From positions 992,001-1,056,000 of the forward strand of contig OZ241981.1 in NCBI GenBank assembly GCA_965204345.1: a stretch of DNA of 64,000 bases, given 5' to 3'. Positions 32,675 to 41,750 of the stretch are shown piece by piece. The position numbers and the translations under genes are program-made. The notes beneath the pieces were generated by a model. It was not told the DNA's origin, ran no database searches, and saw only the letters and a program-made list of their open reading frames with translations. Source of the DNA: Nitrosopumilus sp. (GTDB lineage: Archaea > Thermoproteota > Nitrososphaeria > Nitrososphaerales > Nitrosopumilaceae). Every line of letters begins with the position of its first letter. Positions within the stretch are counted from its first letter, which is position 1.

Positions 32675-33127
32675 TTAATTAAACTCTGGTGTATCAATTA
32701 TAACAATTTCTTTTTCATCTGTAACTTTATCTACATACATATCCACATTGCCAAATTTATCATACATTTTACCAATCAACGCATTTCTCTTATCTCCTAC
32801 ACCCTGAAATTTTCCATTAACAAATGCTACAAAGTGGTTCTTGTATTCTGAGTTATTTAGATTAATCTTAACAAAGTCTTCAAATGCTTTTTTGTTTATT
32901 GTATTTTCATCGTTTTTAGAATGTGAGTAAGTACGTATAGTTTTCAAGTCATTATCAAATATTTTAAAAAATTCACAAAAACAAATGCTTTTTTTATTAT
33001 CTCCAGTCCAAGAATTCAGATCATGTAAATTAATTTCTTTATTTTCTAAATTATATGATTCAATATAGATATTTTTTTGTTCAAATCTTGTTTTTTCTTT
33101 GAACTCATACAAATTATTCTCAATCAA
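32675..33127 (-). CDS. protein with C-terminal DUF5678-like domain
   Basis: YKNHFVAFVNGKFQGVGDKRNALIGKMYDKFG...MYVDKV, directly upstream of the protease. Confidence 0.65.
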   Translation of the reverse strand: MIENNLYEFKEKTRFEQKNIYIESYNLENKEINLHDLNSWTGDNKKSICFCEFFKIFDNDLKTIRTYSHSKNDENTINKKAFEDFVKINLNNSEYKNHFVAFVNGKFQGVGDKRNALIGKMYDKFGNVDMYVDKVTDEKEIVIIDTPEFN

Positions 33128-33740
33128 TTATATCATCCCCAAATTTTTTACGGAAATCTTGTATTTCAATTTTTAATGAATTTGCCCCATTATTTAATTC
33201 ATCAATTAGTTCTTTGGCATCTTTCAGACTTAATTGAAGATTAATAGTATGATCAACATCATTGTCTGATTCGTGTGTATTTATACTCAGAATTAAAGAA
33301 GGGATAATTTTTTTAATTCCTTCCTCTGCGTTGGAAATTGGTCTAAATTCTGTAATTGTCTTAAAACCATGTGTGTGTGCAAATCCAAATTCTTTAAGAA
33401 AGCTAGATGTCATGCTGGTCGATATTTTATCTAAATCCGTTTTATCATGAATTTTTTGAACTATTTCTTTTAATATTCTCTTTTTGTCTTCCTCTAATTT
33501 AGAGGTAGAAATAATTTCAAAAATCTTATCAGGATTACGTTTACCTATAGTAAAGTTGTAAAATATTGGTACGAGTTCTCTGATGTCATTTATGTCAAAA
33601 CCACTACCCAAAATTTCCTCTAATTTGGATAAATTTGGAAGTTGAGTTAAAATGGTCTCATCAAAAAAATTGCCTAACTCAATAATTTTTTCCGTAGATA
33701 TTTTATTAAAAATATCTAGTTTTGGCTGGAGATCGGACAC
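33120..33740 (-). CDS. hypothetical protein, candidate COMMD-like (helical N-domain plus COMM-like C-domain)
   Basis: 206 aa; C-terminal three-strand plus helix pattern FKTITEFRP...IPSLILSINT...INLQLSLKDAKELIDEL. Confidence 0.5.
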   Translation of the reverse strand: MSDLQPKLDIFNKISTEKIIELGNFFDETILTQLPNLSKLEEILGSGFDINDIRELVPIFYNFTIGKRNPDKIFEIISTSKLEEDKKRILKEIVQKIHDKTDLDKISTSMTSSFLKEFGFAHTHGFKTITEFRPISNAEEGIKKIIPSLILSINTHESDNDVDHTINLQLSLKDAKELIDELNNGANSLKIEIQDFRKKFGDDIID

Positions 33741-33917
33741 ATTTTTAAACTAGTATATTCATTTTAATATTTTACTCATATTTCAGATTCAGAGAAGGAT
33801 TTGTGTAGAACGATTCTAGTACTCGCCTGTCTTTACAACCAATCAAAATCTTCACTATTCAATCTTAGAGTGTTTTCATCGATTTCAAATGAATGTTAAG
33901 ATGGGGTGCTGACAAAT

Positions 33918-33978
33918 TTAAGGATGTTTTAGTGGATTATGAGGTCTTGATTGGCTGTAAGGTGACAGGTAGATGATA
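33918..33978 (+). repeat. 61-bp perfect direct repeat, copy 2
   Basis: Identical to 32154-32214; weaker similarity continues ~40 bp downstream. Confidence 0.95.
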
Positions 33979-34098
33979 CCAACGCAAAAAATCCTGACAC
34001 TAATTTTTTATAAAAAATCTGTTGCTTTGGATTTAGAACAAGCTTTTGCATGAACATTTGCTTTACAAAACATATCGGTTTTTGATTGATTTAATCTC

Positions 34099-34377
34099 TC
34101 AAACACACTTGACAGAGAATTTTTCGATTCCCACAACTATGCCCATATCAGATGTACTAAGTGTAGATATGAGTTCTCTTTTTTGTGCTTGATAGTGTAT
34201 GCTGTCGTTTGAATCTAAGTAATCTTTAGTAGCAATCACTACCTCATCTTTCATTTTTTCTAAATCAACACCTCCAATAATTATCCCAGGAATTTCCATT
34301 ACCTCAAAGGTATTATTTTTCCCATATTTTTTGTGGAGATAGGAAAACTCATGTTGTTGGTGACACAGCATTGCCAT
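34099..34377 (-). CDS. HicB-like protein
   Basis: EVMEIPGIIIGGVDLEKMKDEVVIATKDYL resembles the HicB core. Confidence 0.5.
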   Translation of the reverse strand: MAMLCHQQHEFSYLHKKYGKNNTFEVMEIPGIIIGGVDLEKMKDEVVIATKDYLDSNDSIHYQAQKRELISTLSTSDMGIVVGIEKFSVKCV

Positions 34378-34561
34378 ACTGTATGATACAAATGTATACT
34401 AATTAAAACTATAGTCAATATTCAGTACGAACACATAATATCATTTTCACGTCTGTAGAGTTTTCATATGATTCACCTTTGATTTTTTCATGAGTCAGCA
34501 TGTTTACTTAGAATACCTTTGTTGATTCACATTTTAATACATTTAAAATCATAGTATTACT

Positions 34562-34906
34562 ATGAAAAACCAATCACTACTTCTGCAGTACATGGGATAC
34601 ACTCCCAAACTCAGAATAATGGATTTCTTTTTGGATAACAAAGAGAGTGACTATTCTAAAAAAGAGATTATAGAGTATGTCGGTATTTCTAAAACAACAT
34701 TTTACAAGGTTTGGGATGAAATTTTAAAATTTGAATTTTTAAAAGCTACGAGAAAGTATGACAGGGCACAACTGTATGCACTAAATCCAGATAGTGTACT
34801 TGTTCAGAAATTCAAAGATCTGGATGATGAGCTTGGGAGACAAGCTATAGAAAAAGCAACAGCAAAAGAATCAATTTCTGCCAACCTATCAAAAACCATG
34901 AAATAA
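34562..34906 (+). CDS. winged-helix DNA-binding protein
   Basis: MGYTPKLRIMDFFL...YSKKEIIEYVGISKTTFYKVW...RAQLYALN. Confidence 0.8.
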   Translation: MKNQSLLLQYMGYTPKLRIMDFFLDNKESDYSKKEIIEYVGISKTTFYKVWDEILKFEFLKATRKYDRAQLYALNPDSVLVQKFKDLDDELGRQAIEKATAKESISANLSKTMK

Positions 34907-35159
34907 TTTCTCATTTTAGCATACGGAAAATATTTGAGTCTCTAAATTCCACATTCAATCTCATGTCTTTAGATCTTAAAAAAGAGAACAACACAAAAAT
35001 CAAAATGCTGTGACATCTTTTCAGGAATGCATGCAGAGCAGATCAAGATGTTCATTTAGATGAGACAATAACACTAAGAATGTAACAACCAGAATAGAAC
35101 ATCATAAAGATCCTAAATTGGAACGCTTCTAATCCAGATGAATTTTACATTAAGTTTTT

Positions 35160-35167
35160 GACTGTTA
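35160..35167 (+). repeat. 8-bp target-site duplication GACTGTTA (also 41427-41434)
   Basis: The same 8-mer lies immediately outside both TIRs. Confidence 0.92.
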
Positions 35168-35199
35168 GGTACTGTTGCGTTCACGAGGGATAGGCACGA
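35168..35199 (+). repeat. left TIR, 32 bp
   Basis: ggtactgttgcgttcacgagggataggcacga is the exact reverse complement of 41395-41426. Confidence 0.96.
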
Positions 35200-35247
35200 A
35201 TCTGTCTGGTAACACACGTTTTAATCAAGACCTGCAAACACACCAGC

Positions 35248-35520
35248 CTACAAGTACCTGGGATCGTTTCTCTGTTCCTTGGCTTCTTTTCTGCATCTAT
35301 CACAGAGCAATACTTTGAGATCATCTTCCACATACTCTTTGAGATCATCACGCTTTTCATCACAAAATTCACAACAGATAGTGTTTCTCTTTGTATTGCC
35401 TGTTCTTTTACATTGCTTGCGCATGTGAGTCAAAATGCCCATGAACAGCACCCTGTCTGCCTTTTGATTATCATCATCATCATAGTTCAAAAAACAGACT
35501 CTGCATCTAAAGCCCGACAT
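35248..35520 (-). CDS. small Cys-rich putative Zn-finger protein (transposon cargo)
   Basis: CRVC...HMRKQC...CEFC...CDRC; overlaps the transposase stop. Confidence 0.6.
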   Translation of the reverse strand: MSGFRCRVCFLNYDDDDNQKADRVLFMGILTHMRKQCKRTGNTKRNTICCEFCDEKRDDLKEYVEDDLKVLLCDRCRKEAKEQRNDPRYL

Positions 35521-36652
35521 TTCTACTCCTCTCCAAACTTGCATTTTGCATTAGTGTGAGCCACTTGTTATCACCTGATACGAAAATCATGGATTCTTCG
35601 GCAGGCGTTTTATTATTTATGCCACTGTGATTTTTGACAAAGTTATAGTATATTCTAAATTGCCTGAACATTGAACCGTCCTCTTTTTTCAGTCCACGTC
35701 TAACTGTCTCCCAATCCCTCATGGTTCCGTTAAGACGCTCCATCTTGTTATTGTTCATGTCTCTTGCTATGTGGGTATGACGAATGTGGGAAGTCAGTTT
35801 CATGTTTGGATTTCTTTGCCTCCATTCTGCCTTCCATGCATCATGGAAGTTTGGGGCTGAATCTGAGATCAAAGTATGAGGAATCATGCCTGCCTGCTTT
35901 TCTGACATCCTAAACATTGGTCTTATGTTTTCAGTATATTTCTTATCGGATATTTGCTGTGCAATCATGAATCTTGTTTCATCATCCATCATGGTATAGA
36001 CCCATTTTGGCATACCGCTAAACTTGACATGCAGTTCATCAGTTCTCCATCTGTTAGACACCCTTGGGGTTATGGCATTTGTGTATTCGGATATCATATC
36101 AGTATATTTGACCAGCCAGCGATATATCGTGGAATGATTTACAGTCTTGCCTTCTTGCCTGAAATTATCCTTTATGCTTCTAAATGACATCTTTGAACCA
36201 GACATATTCATTGAACGTGTAATGAGTGCAGGGTCATGCTTTATTCGCTCAACCCCCAGATTGTCACTGAATTTCTTTTTGCAACTCTTACAGTAATATT
36301 TTTGAACCGTTATCATTCTGCTCTTGTTATGGCGTGTTCCATCCTTGACAATGTTGCCTGAATCACAATGTCTGCACAACCTTACCTCATTTCTCTCCAT
36401 TATGCGATAGCCCATGGATTCATCAGCCCTGTTTTTCTTGATGTTTTCTAGTGCCACTTTGATGTGTTTGCAGTCTGCCTTTCTGTCTCTATGATCAGGG
36501 CACTCACACACCAGGCCCAGGCCCGTTCTTTTGACAACATATGATGAATTGTGATTGGTCTGGGATCTTACCTGATACACACCGTCTTTGATCACTTTGA
36601 AGGCATTTGGCAGGGACATGATCTCCTTTGCCCTTTTCTGACGTCTGTTCAC
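35507..36652 (-). CDS. IS6-family DDE transposase with N-terminal SWIM and Zn-ribbon domains
   Basis: SWIM YVV...CECPD...CKH; CRHC...CKSC; HTH STIYRW; catalytic WRTDE, ISDS, NNKMER; YNFVKNHSGI..KTPAE. Confidence 0.88.
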   Translation of the reverse strand: MNRRQKRAKEIMSLPNAFKVIKDGVYQVRSQTNHNSSYVVKRTGLGLVCECPDHRDRKADCKHIKVALENIKKNRADESMGYRIMERNEVRLCRHCDSGNIVKDGTRHNKSRMITVQKYYCKSCKKKFSDNLGVERIKHDPALITRSMNMSGSKMSFRSIKDNFRQEGKTVNHSTIYRWLVKYTDMISEYTNAITPRVSNRWRTDELHVKFSGMPKWVYTMMDDETRFMIAQQISDKKYTENIRPMFRMSEKQAGMIPHTLISDSAPNFHDAWKAEWRQRNPNMKLTSHIRHTHIARDMNNNKMERLNGTMRDWETVRRGLKKEDGSMFRQFRIYYNFVKNHSGINNKTPAEESMIFVSGDNKWLTLMQNASLERSRNVGL

Positions 36653-36653
36653 A

Positions 36654-36702
36654 TTTACTTAATAAGTAAAAGCACTATAAGAGTTTTACTTAATAGGTAA
36701 AA
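36654..36702. promoter_or_regulatory. two palindromic operator-like sites in the divergent promoter
   Basis: tttacttaataagtaaa (36654-36670) and ttttacttaataggtaaaa (36684-36702). Confidence 0.6.
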
Positions 36703-36721
36703 TCTTATTAATGGTTGCAGT

Positions 36722-36889
36722 ATGATACAGGTATTGGCAACTTTTAATCTTGCAGGCTATATTTGTGACAAATGTGGACACCGATGGCCTCCCAGGTCCC
36801 TGGATAATCCAATGCCTAGGATCTGCCCAAGATGCAAGAATCCTAATTGGAATGACCAGGGAAAATCAGGCAAAAAGAAACATAAATGA
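36722..36889 (+). CDS. 55-aa Zn-ribbon protein (below the ORF-track cutoff)
   Basis: MIQVLATFNLAGYICDKCGHRWPPRSLDNPMPRICPRCKNPNWNDQGKSGKKKHK*. Confidence 0.75.
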   Translation: MIQVLATFNLAGYICDKCGHRWPPRSLDNPMPRICPRCKNPNWNDQGKSGKKKHK

Positions 36890-36961
36890 AATAAAGCAAG
36901 TACCAAAGTGGCCTCAAAGACTATGCACTCATCATCATCCACAATCAAGACAGATAAACAA

Positions 36962-39093
36962 ATGACAGATGATTATGCCAAATTTGATAAAAATCAACTA
37001 ATTGATAAGATCAAATCACGAGATAATGAAATCAAATCATTAGATAATAAAATCAAGAAACTCAAAAAGAGAAAAAAATACGGGTTGGTCTGGGATGAAG
37101 AAAAGACCGAGGAAAAATTTGATGAGCAACTCAAAAACAAACTGCCAATACTAAAGGAAGTCAAAAGTAACAGTATCTCTCTGAAAAAGGCCGGATTAAC
37201 CCAAGAATCGTCAATAGACGGGGGGGGGGTCGGCCAAAAAATACACCTTGTGACCCCACCAACATACTAATCGAAGGCGACAACTATCACGCGCTTTCAG
37301 TTTTGAATTATACGCATGAAGGTCAAATTGATGTGATCTACATTGATCCGCCGTACAATACTGGTGGAACACTCATGTATAACAATAATTATGTAGATCA
37401 GGATGATCCATACAGACATTCTAAATTTTTATCATTTTTACATAAGAGATTAAAACTAGCAAAAAATGTTTTAAAGAAAAATGGTGTGATTTGTTGTACT
37501 ATTGATGATTATGAATTGATATCTGTCTTAGGAATATTGGAAAAACTCCATGCAAAAATACTGAATATTGTTGTAATTGTGATAAAACCAGAAGGTCGTG
37601 GGCAAGACCATCATATTATGGGTTCTCATGAATATGCAATTTTTGCAACTTGGGGAGATCCAATTTCAAGAAAAATATTGCCTAGAGTTGAAATAAAACA
37701 AAATTATGATGAGGTATCCTCAGATGGCAGACAATATAGATGGGATACATTTTATCGCAGAGGAGACAAAAAGCCAAATCCGGAAAAGGAATCTAGATGG
37801 TATCCAATTTATGTTGATAGCAAAACTCTGAAAATATCTGCTAGTAAGAAAAAAGGTTACAAAAATGTATTTCCTATTGACACAAAAGGTACTAAATGGA
37901 TTTGGGATATGCTGCCTGAGGATTTTGAAGAAGAAATTAAAAATATGGATAGAAATGATCCAGAAATCATTGCAAAGAAAAATAAAAAAACAGATCAAAT
38001 AACAATTCATATTAGACGATACAAAAAATATTTTTCAAAGCCTGTATCATATTGGAAACATGAAGATTATTCTCCACAGGCATATGGCTCAAAACTTGTG
38101 CCTAGAATTATAGGTAAAGATATAAAATTTGATTATCCAAAAAGCGTTTTTGCAGTCTATGATTGTATAGATATTTTTTTACCTGAAAATGGAATATTGT
38201 TGGATTTTTTTGCAGGTTCTGGCACATCAGCACATGCAGTACAGTTACTTAATTTACGAGATATAGATATGGACAATACATTTGTTAGAAAATATGGCCA
38301 AAACTATCATACAAATACAAAATTCCTTGATCATGACGCAAAATTGTATTTGTCTAGTAATGCATTTGGTCGCAAGGAATTATCTCACGATGAACTATCA
38401 AAAAAATGGGCTTTATGGAGAAAAAATCATGGACAGAGGCAATTCATCATATGCACAAATAATGAAATTCCTGAAAAAATTCTTACTAAACTAAGGAAGC
38501 AAAAATCATGGACTAGAAAAAAAGAATTAAAACACCCAGAAGGAATATGTAAAAAAATAACATATCCAAGAATGATAGGCATTTCAAAAGGATACGGGTG
38601 GAACGAATCTCAAGCGAGAAAACTTGTCCATCCAATAAGCTCTCAAGGAGATATACTGCCATATGAAAAATCACTCACGGATAAAATTCCAAAAATCCCA
38701 TTTAGAATGAAATATTTCAAGACAGATTTCATAGAGTCTAAACGAACTGATTCAAACAGACGCAAAATAATGAAATGTATAACTGAGACATTATGCATAA
38801 AGGAAGATTGTTTCAAACTAATTCATAACCAATATCCAAAATATCATGTGTTTGCCAACAACTCACAGAGTAGATACCTGGGTATCTTATATGATAACAA
38901 AGGCGATACTATTTCTGAATTTACAAAATATGTGAAAAAAAACACCAGTCTCAAAAAAATATGCACATATGTAATGTCCTATTCTTCATACATAGACCCT
39001 GATGATTTTCAATCCATAAACAAACGTGTGGAATTACATCCAGTTCCAGACGCATTATTGGATGCATATATGAAACAACGTGGTAAGCTATGA
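36962..39093 (+). CDS. mod: Type III R-M methyltransferase (Mod), out of frame at a G10 tract
   Basis: The 5' ORF has KKYGLVWDE...LPILKEV. The next frame has NILIEGDNYHALSVL, IYIDPPYNTG, FDYPKS, LDFFAGSGTSAHAV and RQFIICTNNE. G11 or G8 joins the two frames. Confidence 0.88.
37220..37229 (+). repeat. G10 homopolymer tract inside mod
   Basis: gac-GGGGGGGGGG-tcggcc. Confidence 0.95.
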
Positions 39094-41381
39094 TCCTGTT
39101 TGAACTAAAAGACTATCAAAAAAGAGCAGCAGAAGAATTGTTGAATGAAACATCCACTGTATTATCCAAGCCCAAAAATGATGTCAGGAAGTTTGTGTTA
39201 GAGTCACCAACAGGTTCGGGTAAAACAGTCATGATGGCAGCATACATGCGAGATCTTGTTGATAAATTCACCAATATTGCGTTTATTTGGTTTGCACCAC
39301 ATACTCTCCATATACAGAGTAAGGAAAGCCTTGAAGAAAAACTTGCAGATATTAGACAGATATCCTGTAGGTACTGGGATGATCTCAATGATAACATGCT
39401 GAATTCTGGAGATATTTTGTTCATAAATTGGGCCAACCTGAATAAAGACATCAATAGAATAATTCGAGAAAATGAACAGGGTAAAAACTTTGAAAATGTA
39501 ATGTCAAACACCCGTGAGAATGGTCGAAAAATTGTACTTGTTATAGATGAATCTCATTTTGGTGCAGGAACAAATATCGCAGAACAAATCTATGACACTA
39601 TAAAACCAAATATAATCATCAATGTCTCTGCGACACCAAAGACCATTGGTGTAGGAATTAAGCGTGTTTCGGTTGAACAGCAAGAAGTTGCAGATGAAGG
39701 AATGATAAAAAAAGACATACAATATAACATGGATCTAGATGATAAAAAACCTGAAAAATTTGGAATAAGTGATGTTATAGAAAAGGCACTAAACAAGCGA
39801 AAAGAATTAAAGGAAATATTTGAGCAATTAGACGATGTTGACTCATCCAAGATTAATCCTCTGGTATTAATTCAATCACCTACTAAATCTAATCTAATAA
39901 AGGAAGATTATGTGACAGAAATTACACGCATATTAAAAATAGATCATGGCATAACAACAGACAATCAAAGATTTGCAATATGGTTATCAGATAAGAAGAT
40001 CAACACTGATAAGGATTTATTAATAGATAATGACGGTCCTGTGGAAGTATTGTTGTTCAAACAAGCAATTGCATTGGGCTGGGATTGTCCACGAGCGCAA
40101 ATACTTGCATCATTTAGAGAATGGCACGATAAGACCACACTTCCCATACAAACATTGGGCAGAATAATGCGTATGCCTGAAAGAAAACATTATGAAAATG
40201 ATGAACTCAATAGAGCCTATGTGTATTCAAATGTTAATGATATTCAAAAGGAAAAACCTGCTTATAGTGAACGTTTTTTCACTAAGACGATAAAAAGAAA
40301 GAAACAATTTGAGACTGTAAACCTTGTTCTGCCTGCGCATTACAAGAAACCTGATCGTCATAAAGAAATACTTGATCAGAAAAAATATTACGAATATTTC
40401 ATAAATCAAATAGAAAAAAATGGCATTAAAGATATCATATCAAAAGGAGAAAGTAATCCCAGTAATCCTAAAAAGGAGGTAATCAAAGGCAAAATTGAAA
40501 AACTAGATCAGGGAAATATGAGCAACGCTGTGGGAATAGATGTTCTTGTAGATGATGAAGATATAACAAAGGAATTTGATTCTGAACTAGAAAAAATTGC
40601 TGTTAAATTTGATACGCACAGCGTAATTGCAAAAATAAAACAATCCCTATACCAATATGCACATGATATCGGTTATGATAAAAATGATGATTATGAAGAC
40701 AAGTTACAAAAAATATTATTGGATGATAAAAATAAGCCTACATTTCAAGCCACAATTCAGGAGTCGTTGGAGGATTACCTAGATGAACATAGTCAAGCAC
40801 AGGTGAATAAGCCGATATCATTTGATTGGAACTTCCCTTCAAAAATTAGAGTGACATTAGATAGTAAGGCCATTCCTGTAAGTTTAGATAAATATTTGAT
40901 GGAAAAATTGGAAGAATCAAGTAAACCTCCCAGTACAGAGATTGGATTCATGAATTATCTGAACAACCAATGTTCAGGTGTAAAATGGTGGTACAAGAAT
41001 GGTAGTGCAAATTCTAGGGAAAATTTTGCTGTAAAATATACTGAACCACTAGAGGATGATTCAAAAGGTGTCAAAGAAAATTGTTTCTATGTGGACTTTA
41101 TAGTCTGTTGTAAAGACGGTTCAATTGGACTCTTTGATACCAAGGGTGGAATACACATCGAAGTGGGTAATACAAAACACAAATCTGACGGTCTTCAAAA
41201 ATACATACAAGAGATGAATAAATCATACAAAGATAATGATCTGTTATCTGGTGGTAAAAGAGTTAGATTTTGGGGCGGCATTGTTAAAAAAGAGGGCGAA
41301 ATATGGAAGTACAATCCTAGTAAAAAATATCATTACGAAAAGGGCTGGGAATCATTGCTGATATGTGAAAAACCAAGTTAA
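39090..41381 (+). CDS. res: Type III R-M restriction subunit (SF2 helicase plus PD-(D/E)XK nuclease)
   Basis: SPTGSGKT, IDESH, SATP, GWDCPRAQ, QTLGRIMR, FYVDFIV...LFDTKG; ATGA overlap with mod. Confidence 0.92.
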   Translation: MILFELKDYQKRAAEELLNETSTVLSKPKNDVRKFVLESPTGSGKTVMMAAYMRDLVDKFTNIAFIWFAPHTLHIQSKESLEEKLADIRQISCRYWDDLNDNMLNSGDILFINWANLNKDINRIIRENEQGKNFENVMSNTRENGRKIVLVIDESHFGAGTNIAEQIYDTIKPNIIINVSATPKTIGVGIKRVSVEQQEVADEGMIKKDIQYNMDLDDKKPEKFGISDVIEKALNKRKELKEIFEQLDDVDSSKINPLVLIQSPTKSNLIKEDYVTEITRILKIDHGITTDNQRFAIWLSDKKINTDKDLLIDNDGPVEVLLFKQAIALGWDCPRAQILASFREWHDKTTLPIQTLGRIMRMPERKHYENDELNRAYVYSNVNDIQKEKPAYSERFFTKTIKRKKQFETVNLVLPAHYKKPDRHKEILDQKKYYEYFINQIEKNGIKDIISKGESNPSNPKKEVIKGKIEKLDQGNMSNAVGIDVLVDDEDITKEFDSELEKIAVKFDTHSVIAKIKQSLYQYAHDIGYDKNDDYEDKLQKILLDDKNKPTFQATIQESLEDYLDEHSQAQVNKPISFDWNFPSKIRVTLDSKAIPVSLDKYLMEKLEESSKPPSTEIGFMNYLNNQCSGVKWWYKNGSANSRENFAVKYTEPLEDDSKGVKENCFYVDFIVCCKDGSIGLFDTKGGIHIEVGNTKHKSDGLQKYIQEMNKSYKDNDLLSGGKRVRFWGGIVKKEGEIWKYNPSKKYHYEKGWESLLICEKPS

Positions 41382-41394
41382 CCTGATTTAGCTC

Positions 41395-41426
41395 TCGTGC
41401 CTATCCCTCGTGAACGCAACAGTACC
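41395..41426 (-). repeat. right TIR, 32 bp
   Basis: tcgtgcctatccctcgtgaacgcaacagtacc. Confidence 0.96.
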
Positions 41427-41457
41427 GACTGTTAAGATAGGCACGTAAAGTATCAAG

Positions 41458-41691
41458 TTAGGGAGATTTGTTTATACAACATTGAGCACGTTTTACACCC
41501 AATGTACCATATTTTCTATAAAGTTCATTTGCTCTAATTTTGGCAGATTCTAAATCAGACACAATTTCCCATCGTGTGTTCTGTGTCACTCTAGTAAGAT
41601 GCCTTTGATAGTGTCCACAGGATGTAACATGTATGTTTGTGGTATTGCATCTTGGCACTCTCCAATCTACAAAAACAACATAGGGACACAC
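41458..41691 (-). CDS. small hypothetical protein, probable metal binder
   Basis: IHVTSC...W...AQCC pattern. Confidence 0.55.
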   Translation of the reverse strand: MCPYVVFVDWRVPRCNTTNIHVTSCGHYQRHLTRVTQNTRWEIVSDLESAKIRANELYRKYGTLGVKRAQCCINKSP

Positions 41692-41750
41692 ATAGATAAC
41701 ATACAGGTATTCCTCGAAAACTTTATGACATATTTAGTCAAATACTGAGT

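Larger units (their letters stand above)
35168..41426. mobile_element. IS6-like unit transposon (6,259 bp) carrying a Type III R-M system
   Basis: Perfect 32-bp TIRs starting GG, 8-bp TSD, intact DDE transposase, mod/res cargo. Confidence 0.93.
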
